Assembly: GCA_963709285.1 (NCBI GenBank)
Contig: CAVPVR010000003.1
Location: 160,855-224,854, forward strand
DNA length: 64,000 nucleotides
Origin: an uncultured delta proteobacterium
GTDB lineage: Bacteria > Desulfobacterota > Desulfobaccia > Desulfobaccales > 0-14-0-80-60-11
Direction: 5' to 3'
Shown here: positions 45,239 through 54,217 of the stretch, in pieces
How the letters are laid out: every line of letters starts with the position of its first letter
How positions within the stretch are numbered: position 1 is the first letter of the stretch
The notes under the pieces: model-generated
Told to the model about the DNA's origin: nothing
The model's input: the letters and a program-made list of their open reading frames with translations, nothing else
Database searches by the model: none
Position numbers and translations under genes: made by a program

Positions 45239-46396
45239 ATGCACCTTACTCAACCGCCCACCAGTCGCTGGCGCCAGCTCAGCCTGACTCTGCTGACCGT
45301 CCTGGGCGGACTGCTAACCGCCCTGCTCATCCTGGAAATTCTGCTGCGCTTTCTCGGTCCCGGCCGCCTGTACCGCAGCCCGGACGATATGCTGGCCACC
45401 TTCGACTACCGGATGGGCCACGGGCGCTATAAACCCAACCGGCAGGGAACAATGTTTATCCCTTATGGTGATATGGTCGTCTTTGACGAAAGAACCAAGG
45501 ATGCCATCGCCGAATCCCGGCAGGTTCGGTACCACACGGACTCCTACGGTTTTCGAAATGACACGGACTACGTCAACGAGAAGGTTCTGCTGGTGGGAGA
45601 CTCATTTATTGCCGGGAGCGGCAGTTCCCAGGAAAACCTGCTCAGCCGCCAACTCAAACAGGACTACGGCATCCCTGCCTATAACCTGGCTTTCCCCGGG
45701 GCCCTGCACAGCTACGTGCGGTATGTCCAGGGTTTTTTCAAGACCCACCCGAGTAAGGCCCAGGTTTTGTTGTTCCTCTTTGAAGGCAATGACTTTCCCA
45801 TACTTAGGCCCCAAAAGGCCGCTCAGGCAAAAAAGAGCGCTTCCCCTTCTTCTTCCTCCTCCTTCAAGATCGTCCGCAAGGAATTGCAACAATCCCTCAA
45901 AGAACTTTTAGTGTACCGTTACGCTTACTCCTGGTATCATCTCCTCAAGAAAAAGTTTCGACCGGAAGCGTATCCCCAAATCACCGTGATAAAATTGAGG
46001 AGCCCCGACGAGCTTTATATGGGCTTTCTCAATAGCTATATGGCGGTAACCCGGCGGCACTCCTATGACGGGGGAGAGGAGTTCCTGCCCAAGTTGGCCC
46101 GCATTCAGGACCAGCTGACGGGGATTTTTTTTATTCCAACAAAATTCCGGGTTTACTATGACCTTTTAGACCTGGAATCTCACCCCCGCCTGCCCCACGC
46201 CCAGTGGGACTATGTGCAGAAACAGGCCAGCCGCCTGGGAGTCAGATGCGTGGATCTCACCGGCCCTCTCAAGGAAGAATCCCAGCGTCTTCTCCCCGAG
46301 GGCCAACTGACCTTTTGGAAAGATGATAGTCACTGGAACCGGTTTGGTATGGCAGTGGCAGCCCGAACGATACATACTTTCTTGCAGGAGCAGTGA
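45239..46396 (+). CDS. Membrane-anchored SGNH/AlgJ-AlgX-like hydrolase or acyltransferase (tentative)
   Basis: An N-terminal TM segment (LSLTLLTVLGGLLTALLILEILL) is followed by VLLVGDSFIAGSG and C-terminal FWKDDSHWN, a D-x-H-W-like motif. Confidence 0.6.
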   Translation: MHLTQPPTSRWRQLSLTLLTVLGGLLTALLILEILLRFLGPGRLYRSPDDMLATFDYRMGHGRYKPNRQGTMFIPYGDMVVFDERTKDAIAESRQVRYHTDSYGFRNDTDYVNEKVLLVGDSFIAGSGSSQENLLSRQLKQDYGIPAYNLAFPGALHSYVRYVQGFFKTHPSKAQVLLFLFEGNDFPILRPQKAAQAKKSASPSSSSSFKIVRKELQQSLKELLVYRYAYSWYHLLKKKFRPEAYPQITVIKLRSPDELYMGFLNSYMAVTRRHSYDGGEEFLPKLARIQDQLTGIFFIPTKFRVYYDLLDLESHPRLPHAQWDYVQKQASRLGVRCVDLTGPLKEESQRLLPEGQLTFWKDDSHWNRFGMAVAARTIHTFLQEQ

Positions 46397-46412
46397 AAAG
46401 AGAGGGGAGCCC

Positions 46413-46991
46413 GTGGCGGAGAAGCACAAACCCATCCGGAAGGGTTTGCTTTTAGCGGCCCTGGCCGCAACCCTGCTGCTGTGGGGATGCGCCAAAGCTC
46501 CCCGGCGGCCGCGAGTGGCGCCCTTGCCGCCTCCCCGGGCCCTACCTACTCCCCAGGAAGCGGCCCTGAATCGAGCCCTGGGCGACTTTTCCCGCGCCCC
46601 TTACCGTTCCGGCGGCACCACCCCCGCCGGGGTGGACTGCTCCGGGCTGGTGTTGGCGGTCTACCAACGGGTCGGGTTGGCCCTGCCCCGCACCGCGGCC
46701 CAGCAGTTTACCGAAGGCCAGCCCGTTTCCCCTGGCGGGTTGCGCTTCGGGGACGTGGTCTTTTTCAACCGCTATTGCCAGGAGACCAAGGCTGGCCCTT
46801 ATATGGCCGGCGTCCTGCCCTCAACTTATGTCTCTGAGGTCTGTCACAACGGCATCTACCTAGGGAATGGCAAATTTATCCACGCCTCCCCCCGGGGGGT
46901 GGAGGTCAGCCGCCTGGACGCCGAGGTCTGGCGCAGGTCCTATACGGGGGCCCGGCGGTTCTTATTACCCGGTGGCCCAGGCAGTCCCTGA
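46413..46991 (+). CDS. NlpC/P60 (C40) peptidase lipoprotein
   Basis: GTG at 46413 follows AGAGGGGA. The lipobox is LLLWGC. The catalytic region reads YRSGGTTPAGVDCSGLVLAVYQRVG…HNGIYLGNGKFIHAS. Confidence 0.85.
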   Translation: MAEKHKPIRKGLLLAALAATLLLWGCAKAPRRPRVAPLPPPRALPTPQEAALNRALGDFSRAPYRSGGTTPAGVDCSGLVLAVYQRVGLALPRTAAQQFTEGQPVSPGGLRFGDVVFFNRYCQETKAGPYMAGVLPSTYVSEVCHNGIYLGNGKFIHASPRGVEVSRLDAEVWRRSYTGARRFLLPGGPGSP

Positions 46992-47137
46992 AGCTTCATT
47001 TTCTAGAGCAGGCAGGACTTGGATAAAGGGTGCCGCTTCATCTGGAATTTTCATAAAGAAACCTTAGAATTAATGAAGCGGGCTTGATTTAGCGGCTACC
47101 GGCGCGCTGTCCAACAAACTAAAGGTTTGGTTATCCC

Positions 47138-48208
47138 ATGAAGCCCAAACAGGGCGAGCCTACGGTTCTTGAAGCCTTTACCTCCCAGGGTCGTTCTCCG
47201 AATTACCCCTGGATCGGTCTCTGTGTGGGAGCGGGGGCCGCCGTCTTGCTAGGCTACCCCCTGGTCATGGTGCTCAATAATTTTCATGATTACTGTACCG
47301 CTGGCACCCCTTTCAACTTGCCCCAGGCCATCGGACAGGGCCTCAAGCCCCAGCTGTGGCCTTTTATCCTGCTTTCCGGCTTGGGCGGCGGCCTGGCGGG
47401 TTGGGTGTTGGGATACATCTTCCAGCGTATCAAGGAAAACCGGGTGCGCCTGAACAACCTGCACCACGAATTTGAGCTCCAGGTCACAACCCTCAGGCAT
47501 CACTATAAGAATCTGGCTCTGGGCATTCAGGGGTTTTCCAACCGCATCAAGAAAAGAATGAGCAGTCTCGAAGAACACTTCAACTCCTGCGCCCGGGAGG
47601 AGTGCCTCACTTTTGGCAAGTTTTACCAGGATTTTGAATCCCTGCAGCAAAGTGTGGCCATTCTGGAGGAAACCTCGCAGCGCCTGACCCATACCTTAAG
47701 CCAGGAACTATTATTTCTCAAAGCCCTCACCAGCGACTCCCCGGTGGTCGAACCCCAAGATCTCTATCCTTTCTTAGAGCATTGTGTCCAGGACCTCCTG
47801 GAGCTGCGTTTTCGAGACAAGCAACTCCGGGTGGAGATCAACGGCCTCCCCCTGGGGGAGAACCCGGACAGCTTGATTTTGCCCTTTGATCCTCATATCA
47901 TGGAGGTCATTCTCCAAAATATCCTGACCAATGCCATGAAAAAAGGCGATCACATCCAAATCAGGGTCAGGGATAAGAACGAGAAAGTCCGGGTGGAAGT
48001 GCAGGACAATGGGCCCGGCCTGGACTTAGCAGAATTGCAGCGCCAATTGATGGTGGCTAGCCGCCGCCCGGACATAGAGAGCACTCACTTGGGCCTGAAG
48101 GTGAGTCTGCACCTGTTGGAAAAGTCCCAGGGACGTCTTATGGCTCTCAGCCGACCTGGTGACGGGGCCACCTTTATTGTCGAAATCCCCAAACGGCCCC
48201 GAAACTAA
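47138..48208 (+). CDS. Membrane sensor histidine kinase (no adjacent response regulator)
   Basis: Two N-terminal TM segments are followed by the candidate H-box TTLRHHYKNLALGIQGFS. The HATPase_c region reads ILQNILTNAMKKG…VQDNGPGL…GLKVSLHLLEKSQGRL…GDGATFIVEIP. Confidence 0.8.
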   Translation: MKPKQGEPTVLEAFTSQGRSPNYPWIGLCVGAGAAVLLGYPLVMVLNNFHDYCTAGTPFNLPQAIGQGLKPQLWPFILLSGLGGGLAGWVLGYIFQRIKENRVRLNNLHHEFELQVTTLRHHYKNLALGIQGFSNRIKKRMSSLEEHFNSCAREECLTFGKFYQDFESLQQSVAILEETSQRLTHTLSQELLFLKALTSDSPVVEPQDLYPFLEHCVQDLLELRFRDKQLRVEINGLPLGENPDSLILPFDPHIMEVILQNILTNAMKKGDHIQIRVRDKNEKVRVEVQDNGPGLDLAELQRQLMVASRRPDIESTHLGLKVSLHLLEKSQGRLMALSRPGDGATFIVEIPKRPRN

Positions 48209-48321
48209 AGGCCTTTCCCTCGGAGGAGCCCCAGGGAATCAACAATGGCCTGAAGGGGAAAGAAGTGGGGTCGAGGGTTCGGTCAACCTCACGGTCAAGA
48301 AGTCAGTTGGAGGAGAAGAAC

Positions 48322-48828
48322 ATGTCGAGAGAACGGCGTTGGCTAGGGATTTTGTTGGTTTTGGTCGTGGTCCTGGGGGGAAGCGGCTGGGTCTTTAACC
48401 CCTCCCAAAAACCTGGGCATGGCGTGGCTTGGACCCGCTATCAGACAGAAAAACGCCAGGCCCGGGAAGACGCAGTAGCCCGCTACAACTATTGCCCCAC
48501 AGGGGGATGTGTCATCCGCTTGGAAGATGTGCAAATTAAACCTACCCGGGCCGTCCGGGGAGACACCATGACCCTGACCACCACGTATACCATTTTGACT
48601 CCGGAGAATGTCCCCATCCCCATCACCATCTCCCGGGAGATCATCTTCGGAGAAAAGTCCCTGGGCCGGGTCCAGGCCAGGAACACCAACAATAAGAACG
48701 GCACGTATGTACAGGATATCGACTTCACCCTGCCGGCTGACGCGGCGCCTGGCACCTATACCGTGGTCACCCGAGTCAACACCGGTTACGGCATGGACGA
48801 AAAGCGTCTGGAATTTACGGTGAATTAA
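48322..48828 (+). CDS. Membrane-anchored/secreted hypothetical protein
   Basis: The ATG at 48322 follows GGAGGAG. The signal/anchor is WLGILLVLVVVLGGSGW. The remainder is beta-rich (…DTMTLTTTYTILTPENVPIPITISREI…TYTVVTRVNTG…), and I do not recognise a family. Confidence 0.6.
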   Translation: MSRERRWLGILLVLVVVLGGSGWVFNPSQKPGHGVAWTRYQTEKRQAREDAVARYNYCPTGGCVIRLEDVQIKPTRAVRGDTMTLTTTYTILTPENVPIPITISREIIFGEKSLGRVQARNTNNKNGTYVQDIDFTLPADAAPGTYTVVTRVNTGYGMDEKRLEFTVN

Positions 48829-51029
48829 AGGTGGTTGCCCCTCCCATGATATGCAGATAATCCCTGGGGAAACCCACTTGTCACCGGCAAGGTTGCCTGG
48901 CTGACCTGGGTTTTTTCACCCGGCTGCGGTTTTAAGCCGAAAATCACCCGCAGGCCCCCAAGCATGAAAAAGCCGGGAGAGGAGTAACCGTAGGCCTCCT
49001 GGTAGCGATTGTCCAAAAGATTGTTGAATTTAACCCACAGCTGCATCTTGTTGATGTAACCCCAATCCCGCACCAGATCGTAGCTCGCCGCCAGGTTCAG
49101 GACGAAATAATCTGAGTTGGGCACCCGTTCAGATTGGAAGAGAAAGGGGAACTCGTAGGTAAATCTAGAATCGTCCCGCCAATGGGAGTAGTAGCCGTTT
49201 AGATTAATATTCAGGCGGTCCCAGGTATAGTTCGCCACCACGCTGAAGGTGTGCCGGGGCCGGCGCAAGAGGGGCTTCCCGACTTGGAAGAACAGGTTGT
49301 CTAAGTCCCCGTCGTCGGTGACTCTGGTAAAGATGTTGGTGTAGACCAGCCCCAGGGTAAAGCCCTTGGCGGGTCTGAGCCGCAGGGAAGACTCGATGCC
49401 AGCGACCCGCACCGCCCCGATGTTCCCGAAGCTGGAGGGTTCAGGGAAATCCCGGGGGACAAAGGTGATGAAGTCAGTGAAGTAATTCTCAAAATAGGTA
49501 ATGCCGAACTGGACATTGTTGTCCAGGAAGTACTGGTCCAGACCCACTTCCCAGGAGACGTTCTGTTCGGGCCTGAGGTTCGGGTTGGCCTCAGAAAGTT
49601 GGCTCCGGGAGAAACTCTCCAGAAAGGTGGGCTCTTTGATGGCCCGGCCCCCGGCGGCCCGGAGGGTGGTGTTGGTCTTGGGGAAGTGGACGGCCGCTGA
49701 CCCCCGGGGGACAAACTCCGTTTGGTCAAAGACACTGCTGTTCTCCACCCGAAAACCACCCACCAGGAACACCCGGTTCCACAGGTTCAACTGCTCCTGG
49801 GCGTAAAACGCGGTGGCCCCCCGGCGGGCTCCCAAAAAACTGTTACTGGGCTCCGAATATAGACCGGTGCCGGTCCATATCCACTGCTTGAGTTGCTCCT
49901 CCCGGGCATAAAACCCCAGGGTGGAGATGCTCTCCACCTTCTCCCGGGAGCCGAAGCGTAAGTTGGCGCGGTAGTCCAGGCTGTAGCGGCTCTCCAGGTC
50001 CTTGGAATTATAGGAGCCGAAGAAGTAGTCAAAAATTGAATTGTCACGGCCGTATAAGAGGTCATATTGATTATTAGGCCACGGGGGGTTGGCCAGGTCA
50101 TCGAAGCGCCGGTCCCGATAGCTCAAGGCGAGAGTAAGTTGGTTCTGCCACCACGGGAAGGGTCGATAATCAACCGTGAGGCCCTGGAGGAGGTCCTGCT
50201 TGCTGTTGTTCTGGTCGGGGTCCAACCCCGGGCCCCCCTTTCCTTTGGGATCAAGGCGGTCCCCGCCGTTTTCCGTGGGAAACTCAAATTTGTTGTTCAC
50301 ATAGAAGCAGTTGTACGTGATGGAAAGGTTATCAAAAAGGTCCAGATCCAGGCGGCCTACCAGGGCGTTGTTGCGGAACCGATTATTAATCCGGAGGATG
50401 CCCGGGTCGAAAAGGTGGCTGAACCCGATGGAGAAACCGAGCTTTTTATAAGAACCCAAGAGGGTGGCCCGGTACTCTTCAATGGCACGAGCGTTTTCTG
50501 CATGGGGGCCGGCACCGGCAGACAGGTTCAAGGTGGGCGGCCCCACCCCTTTCAGGGTTATCAGATTGACCACCCCCACCATGGCGTCGGCCCCATACAG
50601 GGCGCTCATGGGCCCCCGCACCACTTCAATGCGGCTGATGTTGTCCGTGGTCAGGGCGTTGAAGTTGAAATTACCGCCGGCGTCGTTGATGCGGATGCCA
50701 TTGTAGAGCACCTGGGTTTGGTCGCTTTCACCACCCCTGAGGAAAAGCGAGGTCTCGCCCCCTCGGGCTCCGGTCTGATTGACGGTGACGCCGGGCACGT
50801 AGCGCAGCGTTTCTTCCACCCGGATGGCCTGCTGTTCCTCAATTTGTTTCCCAGTGATCACCGTCACCGACTGGGTGCTATCTTGCAAGGGAACCTCAGT
50901 CCCGGTGGCGGTGACCACCACCGGTTCCATCTCAACCGTGCCCTTATCGATGTCCTCTGCCCTAGCGCTACCCAAAGCCACCAGGGCGAAAAGCGCCGTT
51001 ATCCCCCAAAATAACCACCACTTTTTCAT
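48825..51029 (-). CDS. TonB-dependent outer-membrane receptor (BtuB-like by context)
   Basis: MKKWWLFWGITALFALVALGSARA is the signal peptide. The TonB-box region is EPVVVTATG. The plug reads …IEVVRGPMSALYGADAMVGVVNLITLKG. The ATG at 51027-51029 follows GAGAGGT. The track ORF adds 40 upstream codons. The gene lies downstream of a cobalamin riboswitch. Confidence 0.88.
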   Translation of the reverse strand: MKKWWLFWGITALFALVALGSARAEDIDKGTVEMEPVVVTATGTEVPLQDSTQSVTVITGKQIEEQQAIRVEETLRYVPGVTVNQTGARGGETSLFLRGGESDQTQVLYNGIRINDAGGNFNFNALTTDNISRIEVVRGPMSALYGADAMVGVVNLITLKGVGPPTLNLSAGAGPHAENARAIEEYRATLLGSYKKLGFSIGFSHLFDPGILRINNRFRNNALVGRLDLDLFDNLSITYNCFYVNNKFEFPTENGGDRLDPKGKGGPGLDPDQNNSKQDLLQGLTVDYRPFPWWQNQLTLALSYRDRRFDDLANPPWPNNQYDLLYGRDNSIFDYFFGSYNSKDLESRYSLDYRANLRFGSREKVESISTLGFYAREEQLKQWIWTGTGLYSEPSNSFLGARRGATAFYAQEQLNLWNRVFLVGGFRVENSSVFDQTEFVPRGSAAVHFPKTNTTLRAAGGRAIKEPTFLESFSRSQLSEANPNLRPEQNVSWEVGLDQYFLDNNVQFGITYFENYFTDFITFVPRDFPEPSSFGNIGAVRVAGIESSLRLRPAKGFTLGLVYTNIFTRVTDDGDLDNLFFQVGKPLLRRPRHTFSVVANYTWDRLNINLNGYYSHWRDDSRFTYEFPFLFQSERVPNSDYFVLNLAASYDLVRDWGYINKMQLWVKFNNLLDNRYQEAYGYSSPGFFMLGGLRVIFGLKPQPGEKTQVSQATLPVTSGFPQGLSAYHGRGNHL

Positions 51030-51170
51030 GATTACCTCTCTTTTCGCTTCCCGGAACGGTGAGCCACTTCCCCAAGGGCGAAAAACTCCGGCCCCAACCT
51101 GTTCCAGGGGAGGATCCTGGAGAACCCCAGGAGAGAACACTTGTGGCACCTGATCCCCCCAAAAAAATTG

Positions 51171-51434
51171 CTAGCCGCACAACCGCACTGCAGGGCTCAA
51201 GGGCCGCAGGCGACCTTGTTCATGGGGTTCGGCCACCACCAGGTTGATGCGGCCACAGCCCCCCTGGGTAGCCAGGAAATGCCAGGCGTCCTCCACGGTA
51301 AAAAAGCCCGCCTCCCGGGAGACCAGTTCCACCCGGTCCGCCGGACAATTCAGCGCGCGGCCGGCGTCTTCCAGATCAAAGGGTTCTGGGAGCGGTTCGC
51401 TCCCTACCAGGTACACGATAAGGCCATGTTTCAT
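51171..51434 (-). CDS. Small (87 aa) hypothetical protein, first gene after the cobalamin riboswitch
   Basis: The ATG at 51432-51434 lies 7 nt after GGAGG. The translation is MKHGLIVYLVGSEPLPEPFDLEDAGRALNCPADRVELVSREAGFFTVEDAWHFLATQGGCGRINLVVAEPHEQ…. I do not recognise a family. Confidence 0.55.
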   Translation of the reverse strand: MKHGLIVYLVGSEPLPEPFDLEDAGRALNCPADRVELVSREAGFFTVEDAWHFLATQGGCGRINLVVAEPHEQGRLRPLSPAVRLCG

Positions 51435-51506
51435 AAAAAACCTCCAGGGTGATGGAATAGCGGGAGGGAAGCCCTCCCGTCTGCCGGCCCGCCGCCCCTG
51501 GTGGCC

Positions 51507-51538
51507 AAAAAAAATCCCCGGGTCATAACGACCCAGGG
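51507..51538 (-). terminator. Intrinsic terminator forming the expression platform of the cobalamin riboswitch
   Basis: The minus-strand RNA reads CCCUGGGUC-GUUAU-GACCCGGGG, a 9-bp stem, followed by A and U8 (plus-strand A-run 51507-51514). Confidence 0.7.
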
Positions 51539-51629
51539 ATGGCACCCAGCTTTCTTAATCCCAGGGGGACCCGAGGGCTTTGCCTCGGGCCGGCCTTGAG
51601 TCCCTGCCGCGGGGACGCCGGCCAGCCAG

Positions 51630-51790
51630 ACGGGCAGGTCTTCTGACTCCCGGATCACGCTACTCCCTGCGCCTTCCCCCGTCCTTTTTAGGCAGAGTGG
51701 CCTCTTGCAGGTTTCGTCCCCGGTTACAGCGGCGGGACCGCGCCGGAATTACACCGGCTTCCCTATTATCCCCTCATGGAGACCCGTCAG
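51630..51790 (-). promoter_or_regulatory. Cobalamin (B12) riboswitch
   Basis: The minus strand contains AGGGAAGCCGGUGUAAUUCCGGCGCGGUCCCGCCGCUGUAACCGGGGACGAAACC (51764-51712). The B12-box-like GCCACUC lies at 51701-51695. This matches the conserved core as I remember it (GGUG..AAU.CC … GCUGUAA … GCCACUG). The outer boundaries are approximate. Confidence 0.8.
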
Positions 51791-51899
51791 CTTTAGATTA
51801 TTATCATTAAAAAAATATTATCTATCCGTCAAGAAAAAAAACCCAAGCCGCTCTCCTTAGGATAAAATAAGGGAAACTCACCACCTCAGGACCCTTCCT

Positions 51900-52877
51900 G
51901 TGAACCACAAACCCGGCCGGAACATCAACTACCTGCGCCTCTCCATTACCGACCGCTGTAACCTGAGGTGCTTTTACTGCCTGCCCCGCCGGGGTTGGAA
52001 AAAACTCCCCGCCCCGGAGATCCTGCGCTACGAGGAGTTCCTGCATCTGGCCCGGGTAGCGGTCCTGGCCGGCATCCGCAAGGTCCGGGTCACCGGTGGC
52101 GAGCCCCTGGTGCGCAAAGATGTGGTGGACTTTCTGAGAGGTCTCCGGGAAGTGCCCGGACTGGAAGAGATCGCCCTCACCACCAACGGCGTGCTTCTGG
52201 CTGAGATGGCTCAGGACCTGTTCGAGGCGGGGCTGCGCCACCTGAACTTGAGCCTCGATACCCTGAGTGCCGAGCGCTACCGGGAAATCACCGGCACCGA
52301 CCGATTCCACCAGGTAATGGCGGGCCTGTGGCGAGCCGCGGCCTTGGGATTTCAGCCCCTCAAGGTCAACTGTGTGGTCCTCAAAGGGTTGAACGATGAC
52401 GAACTCCTGGATTTCGCCCTCCTGGCCCGGGACCATCCCCTGCAAGTGCGTTTCATCGAGTTCATGCCCACAGTCTCCCATGAGCACTGGGTCCGGCACT
52501 TCCTGTCCATGGACGAGGTGCGCCAGCGCCTCCCGGCCTTGGGAGTTATGGAAGAGGTAGCCTCCCAACCCACGGCGGGACCGGCCCGCATCGTGCAGCC
52601 TCCGGGGTTTCAAGGGACCATCGGCTTCATCAGTCCCGTAACTCAACACCACTGCCAAAGCTGCAACCGCCTGCGCCTCACCGCGGCTGGACGCCTACGC
52701 CCCTGCCTGTTCTCCCCCCAGGAACTTGACCTCAAAGGTCCGTTGCGTCAGGGCGCCAGTGACCGGGAATTGTGCCGCTTTTTTCGTCATGCCATGGAAC
52801 AGAAAACCTGCTCCCCACCCACCCATTTGGTGGAACCGGCCCTGCCCTCCTCTCCCATGGTGAGCATCGGCGGTTGA
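51900..52877 (+). CDS. moaA: GTP 3',8-cyclase (molybdenum cofactor biosynthesis protein A)
   Basis: The ORF has a GTG start. YLRLSITDRCNLRCFYCLP is the radical-SAM CxxxCxxC motif, followed by …VRVTGGEPLVRKD…. The C-terminal Cys motif is CQSCNRLRLTAAGRLRPCL. Confidence 0.93.
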   Translation: MNHKPGRNINYLRLSITDRCNLRCFYCLPRRGWKKLPAPEILRYEEFLHLARVAVLAGIRKVRVTGGEPLVRKDVVDFLRGLREVPGLEEIALTTNGVLLAEMAQDLFEAGLRHLNLSLDTLSAERYREITGTDRFHQVMAGLWRAAALGFQPLKVNCVVLKGLNDDELLDFALLARDHPLQVRFIEFMPTVSHEHWVRHFLSMDEVRQRLPALGVMEEVASQPTAGPARIVQPPGFQGTIGFISPVTQHHCQSCNRLRLTAAGRLRPCLFSPQELDLKGPLRQGASDRELCRFFRHAMEQKTCSPPTHLVEPALPSSPMVSIGG

Positions 52878-52970
52878 CGATTTTTCCGCCCCTTCCTTCA
52901 ACTTCTCCCTCATGTTCCCGTTAAACATGGTATATTGTTCAGCACTTCCGTAAGTGAGGAGTCAGCTGAC

Positions 52971-53660
52971 GTGAAATTAACCATCGTGATCCCCGTTTAT
53001 AATGAAGAAAATACCCTGGAGGAAATCTTTCGCCGGGTCCAAGCTACCCCTTACGACAAGGAGATCATTGCGGTGGATGATGCCTCGGTGGACGATTCCC
53101 GCAATATCCTGGCCCGCCTGGCCCAGCAATACGACAATCTGAAGGTTTTCTATCACGAGAAAAACCAGGGCAAGGGTGCGGCCCTGCGCACCGGCTTTGC
53201 CCAGGTCACCGGAGACGTGGTCATCATTCAGGACGCCGACCTGGAGTACGACCCCGTAGATTACCCGGCTCTCCTGAACCCTATTCAAAGGGATTTGGCG
53301 GACGTGGTTTACGGCAGCCGTCTCATCGGCGCCCAGCCCCATCGGGTGCTGTACTTCTGGCATTACATGGGCAACCGGTGCGTGACCTTTTTGTCCAACA
53401 TGTTCACCAATCTCAATCTCTCGGATATGGAGGTGGGCTACAAGGTATTCAAGGCCGAAGTGCTCAGGGATATTAATATAAGCAGCAACCGCTTCGGGGT
53501 GGAGCCGGAGCTCACCGCCAAGGTTGCCAAGAAGGGCTGGCGCATCTACGAGGTGCCCATCAGCTACCATGGCCGGGACTACGCCCACGGCAAAAAAATC
53601 ACCTGGCGGGACGGCATCGCCGCCATCTTCCACATCCTGCGCTATAGTTTCTTTGACTGA
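52971..53660 (+). CDS. Family-2 glycosyltransferase (polyprenyl-phosphate sugar synthase-like)
   Basis: GTG at 52971 lies 9 nt after GAGGAG. The motifs are KLTIVIPVYNEENTL, AVDDASVDDS and IQDADLEYDP. The track ORF starts at TTG 52935. Confidence 0.88.
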   Translation: MKLTIVIPVYNEENTLEEIFRRVQATPYDKEIIAVDDASVDDSRNILARLAQQYDNLKVFYHEKNQGKGAALRTGFAQVTGDVVIIQDADLEYDPVDYPALLNPIQRDLADVVYGSRLIGAQPHRVLYFWHYMGNRCVTFLSNMFTNLNLSDMEVGYKVFKAEVLRDINISSNRFGVEPELTAKVAKKGWRIYEVPISYHGRDYAHGKKITWRDGIAAIFHILRYSFFD

Positions 53661-53674
53661 TATATGCCAGCGGC

Positions 53675-54217
53675 ATGGGAGAAAAAACACGTCAGTCAGC
53701 CAGCCAAACTTCCCGGAGACCTCGAAACAGATGGAAGCTCTGGTTGCTCCGTCTGCTCCTCGTTATCTGGGTGCTCCAACTCGCCTGGTTGGGCTGGCAG
53801 CTTCGGGAAGAACTAGGGGATGTAGCCGGAAGAGCGTGGCACCATTCCTGGGGTGAGGCGATACGGCAGGAAGATTCCTTCTCCCGCTGGCTGGCTGAAA
53901 TAAAGCCGGTCATCCCGCCGCACGCCACGTATTTCTTTTTAGACAATTATGAGGCGGGCAAAGAAATCGCAGCCCGCTACCATCTTTTCCCCCGGCGACA
54001 TTTCCTGTTTCCACCCCAGATCACGCCCAGCCTGCTTTTTCATACCCTGCGACAGCACCAGGCGTCTTATCTTCTGGTGCGGGACGTCAAGCAACCCCCG
54101 GGCCCAGGTCTAGTCGCCGCCAAGCAAGCGGGGGTGGCAGAGCGGCTGCCCCTCCCCGGCCCCGGTCTGGTCTTCCGGGTGGACCCGACGCTCATCACCG
54201 GGGGCTTCTATGATTGA
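53675..54217 (+). CDS. Single-pass membrane protein, unknown function
   Basis: The 180-aa ORF has a basic N-terminus and the TM segment WKLWLLRLLLVIWVLQLAWLGW. It lies between the GT2 gene and the polytopic membrane protein and overlaps the next gene by 8 nt. Confidence 0.6.
   Translation: MGEKTRQSASQTSRRPRNRWKLWLLRLLLVIWVLQLAWLGWQLREELGDVAGRAWHHSWGEAIRQEDSFSRWLAEIKPVIPPHATYFFLDNYEAGKEIAARYHLFPRRHFLFPPQITPSLLFHTLRQHQASYLLVRDVKQPPGPGLVAAKQAGVAERLPLPGPGLVFRVDPTLITGGFYD

Noticed and set aside
48825-48938. A 37-aa extension after the expected C-terminal …GGLRVIF of the TonB-dependent receptor, possibly another indel or lost stop.
   Set aside because: The terminal aromatic normally ends such barrels, so the tail is suspicious. 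No alternative frame gives a cleaner ending, and I cannot distinguish error from a real extension. I noted it but did not raise it as a finding.
51791-51899. A Moco riboswitch upstream of moaA.
   Set aside because: The leader is only about 100 nt, and I could not find the conserved Moco-motif elements. I saw only a small CCTTA…TAAGG hairpin. A covariance-model scan would be needed to say more.
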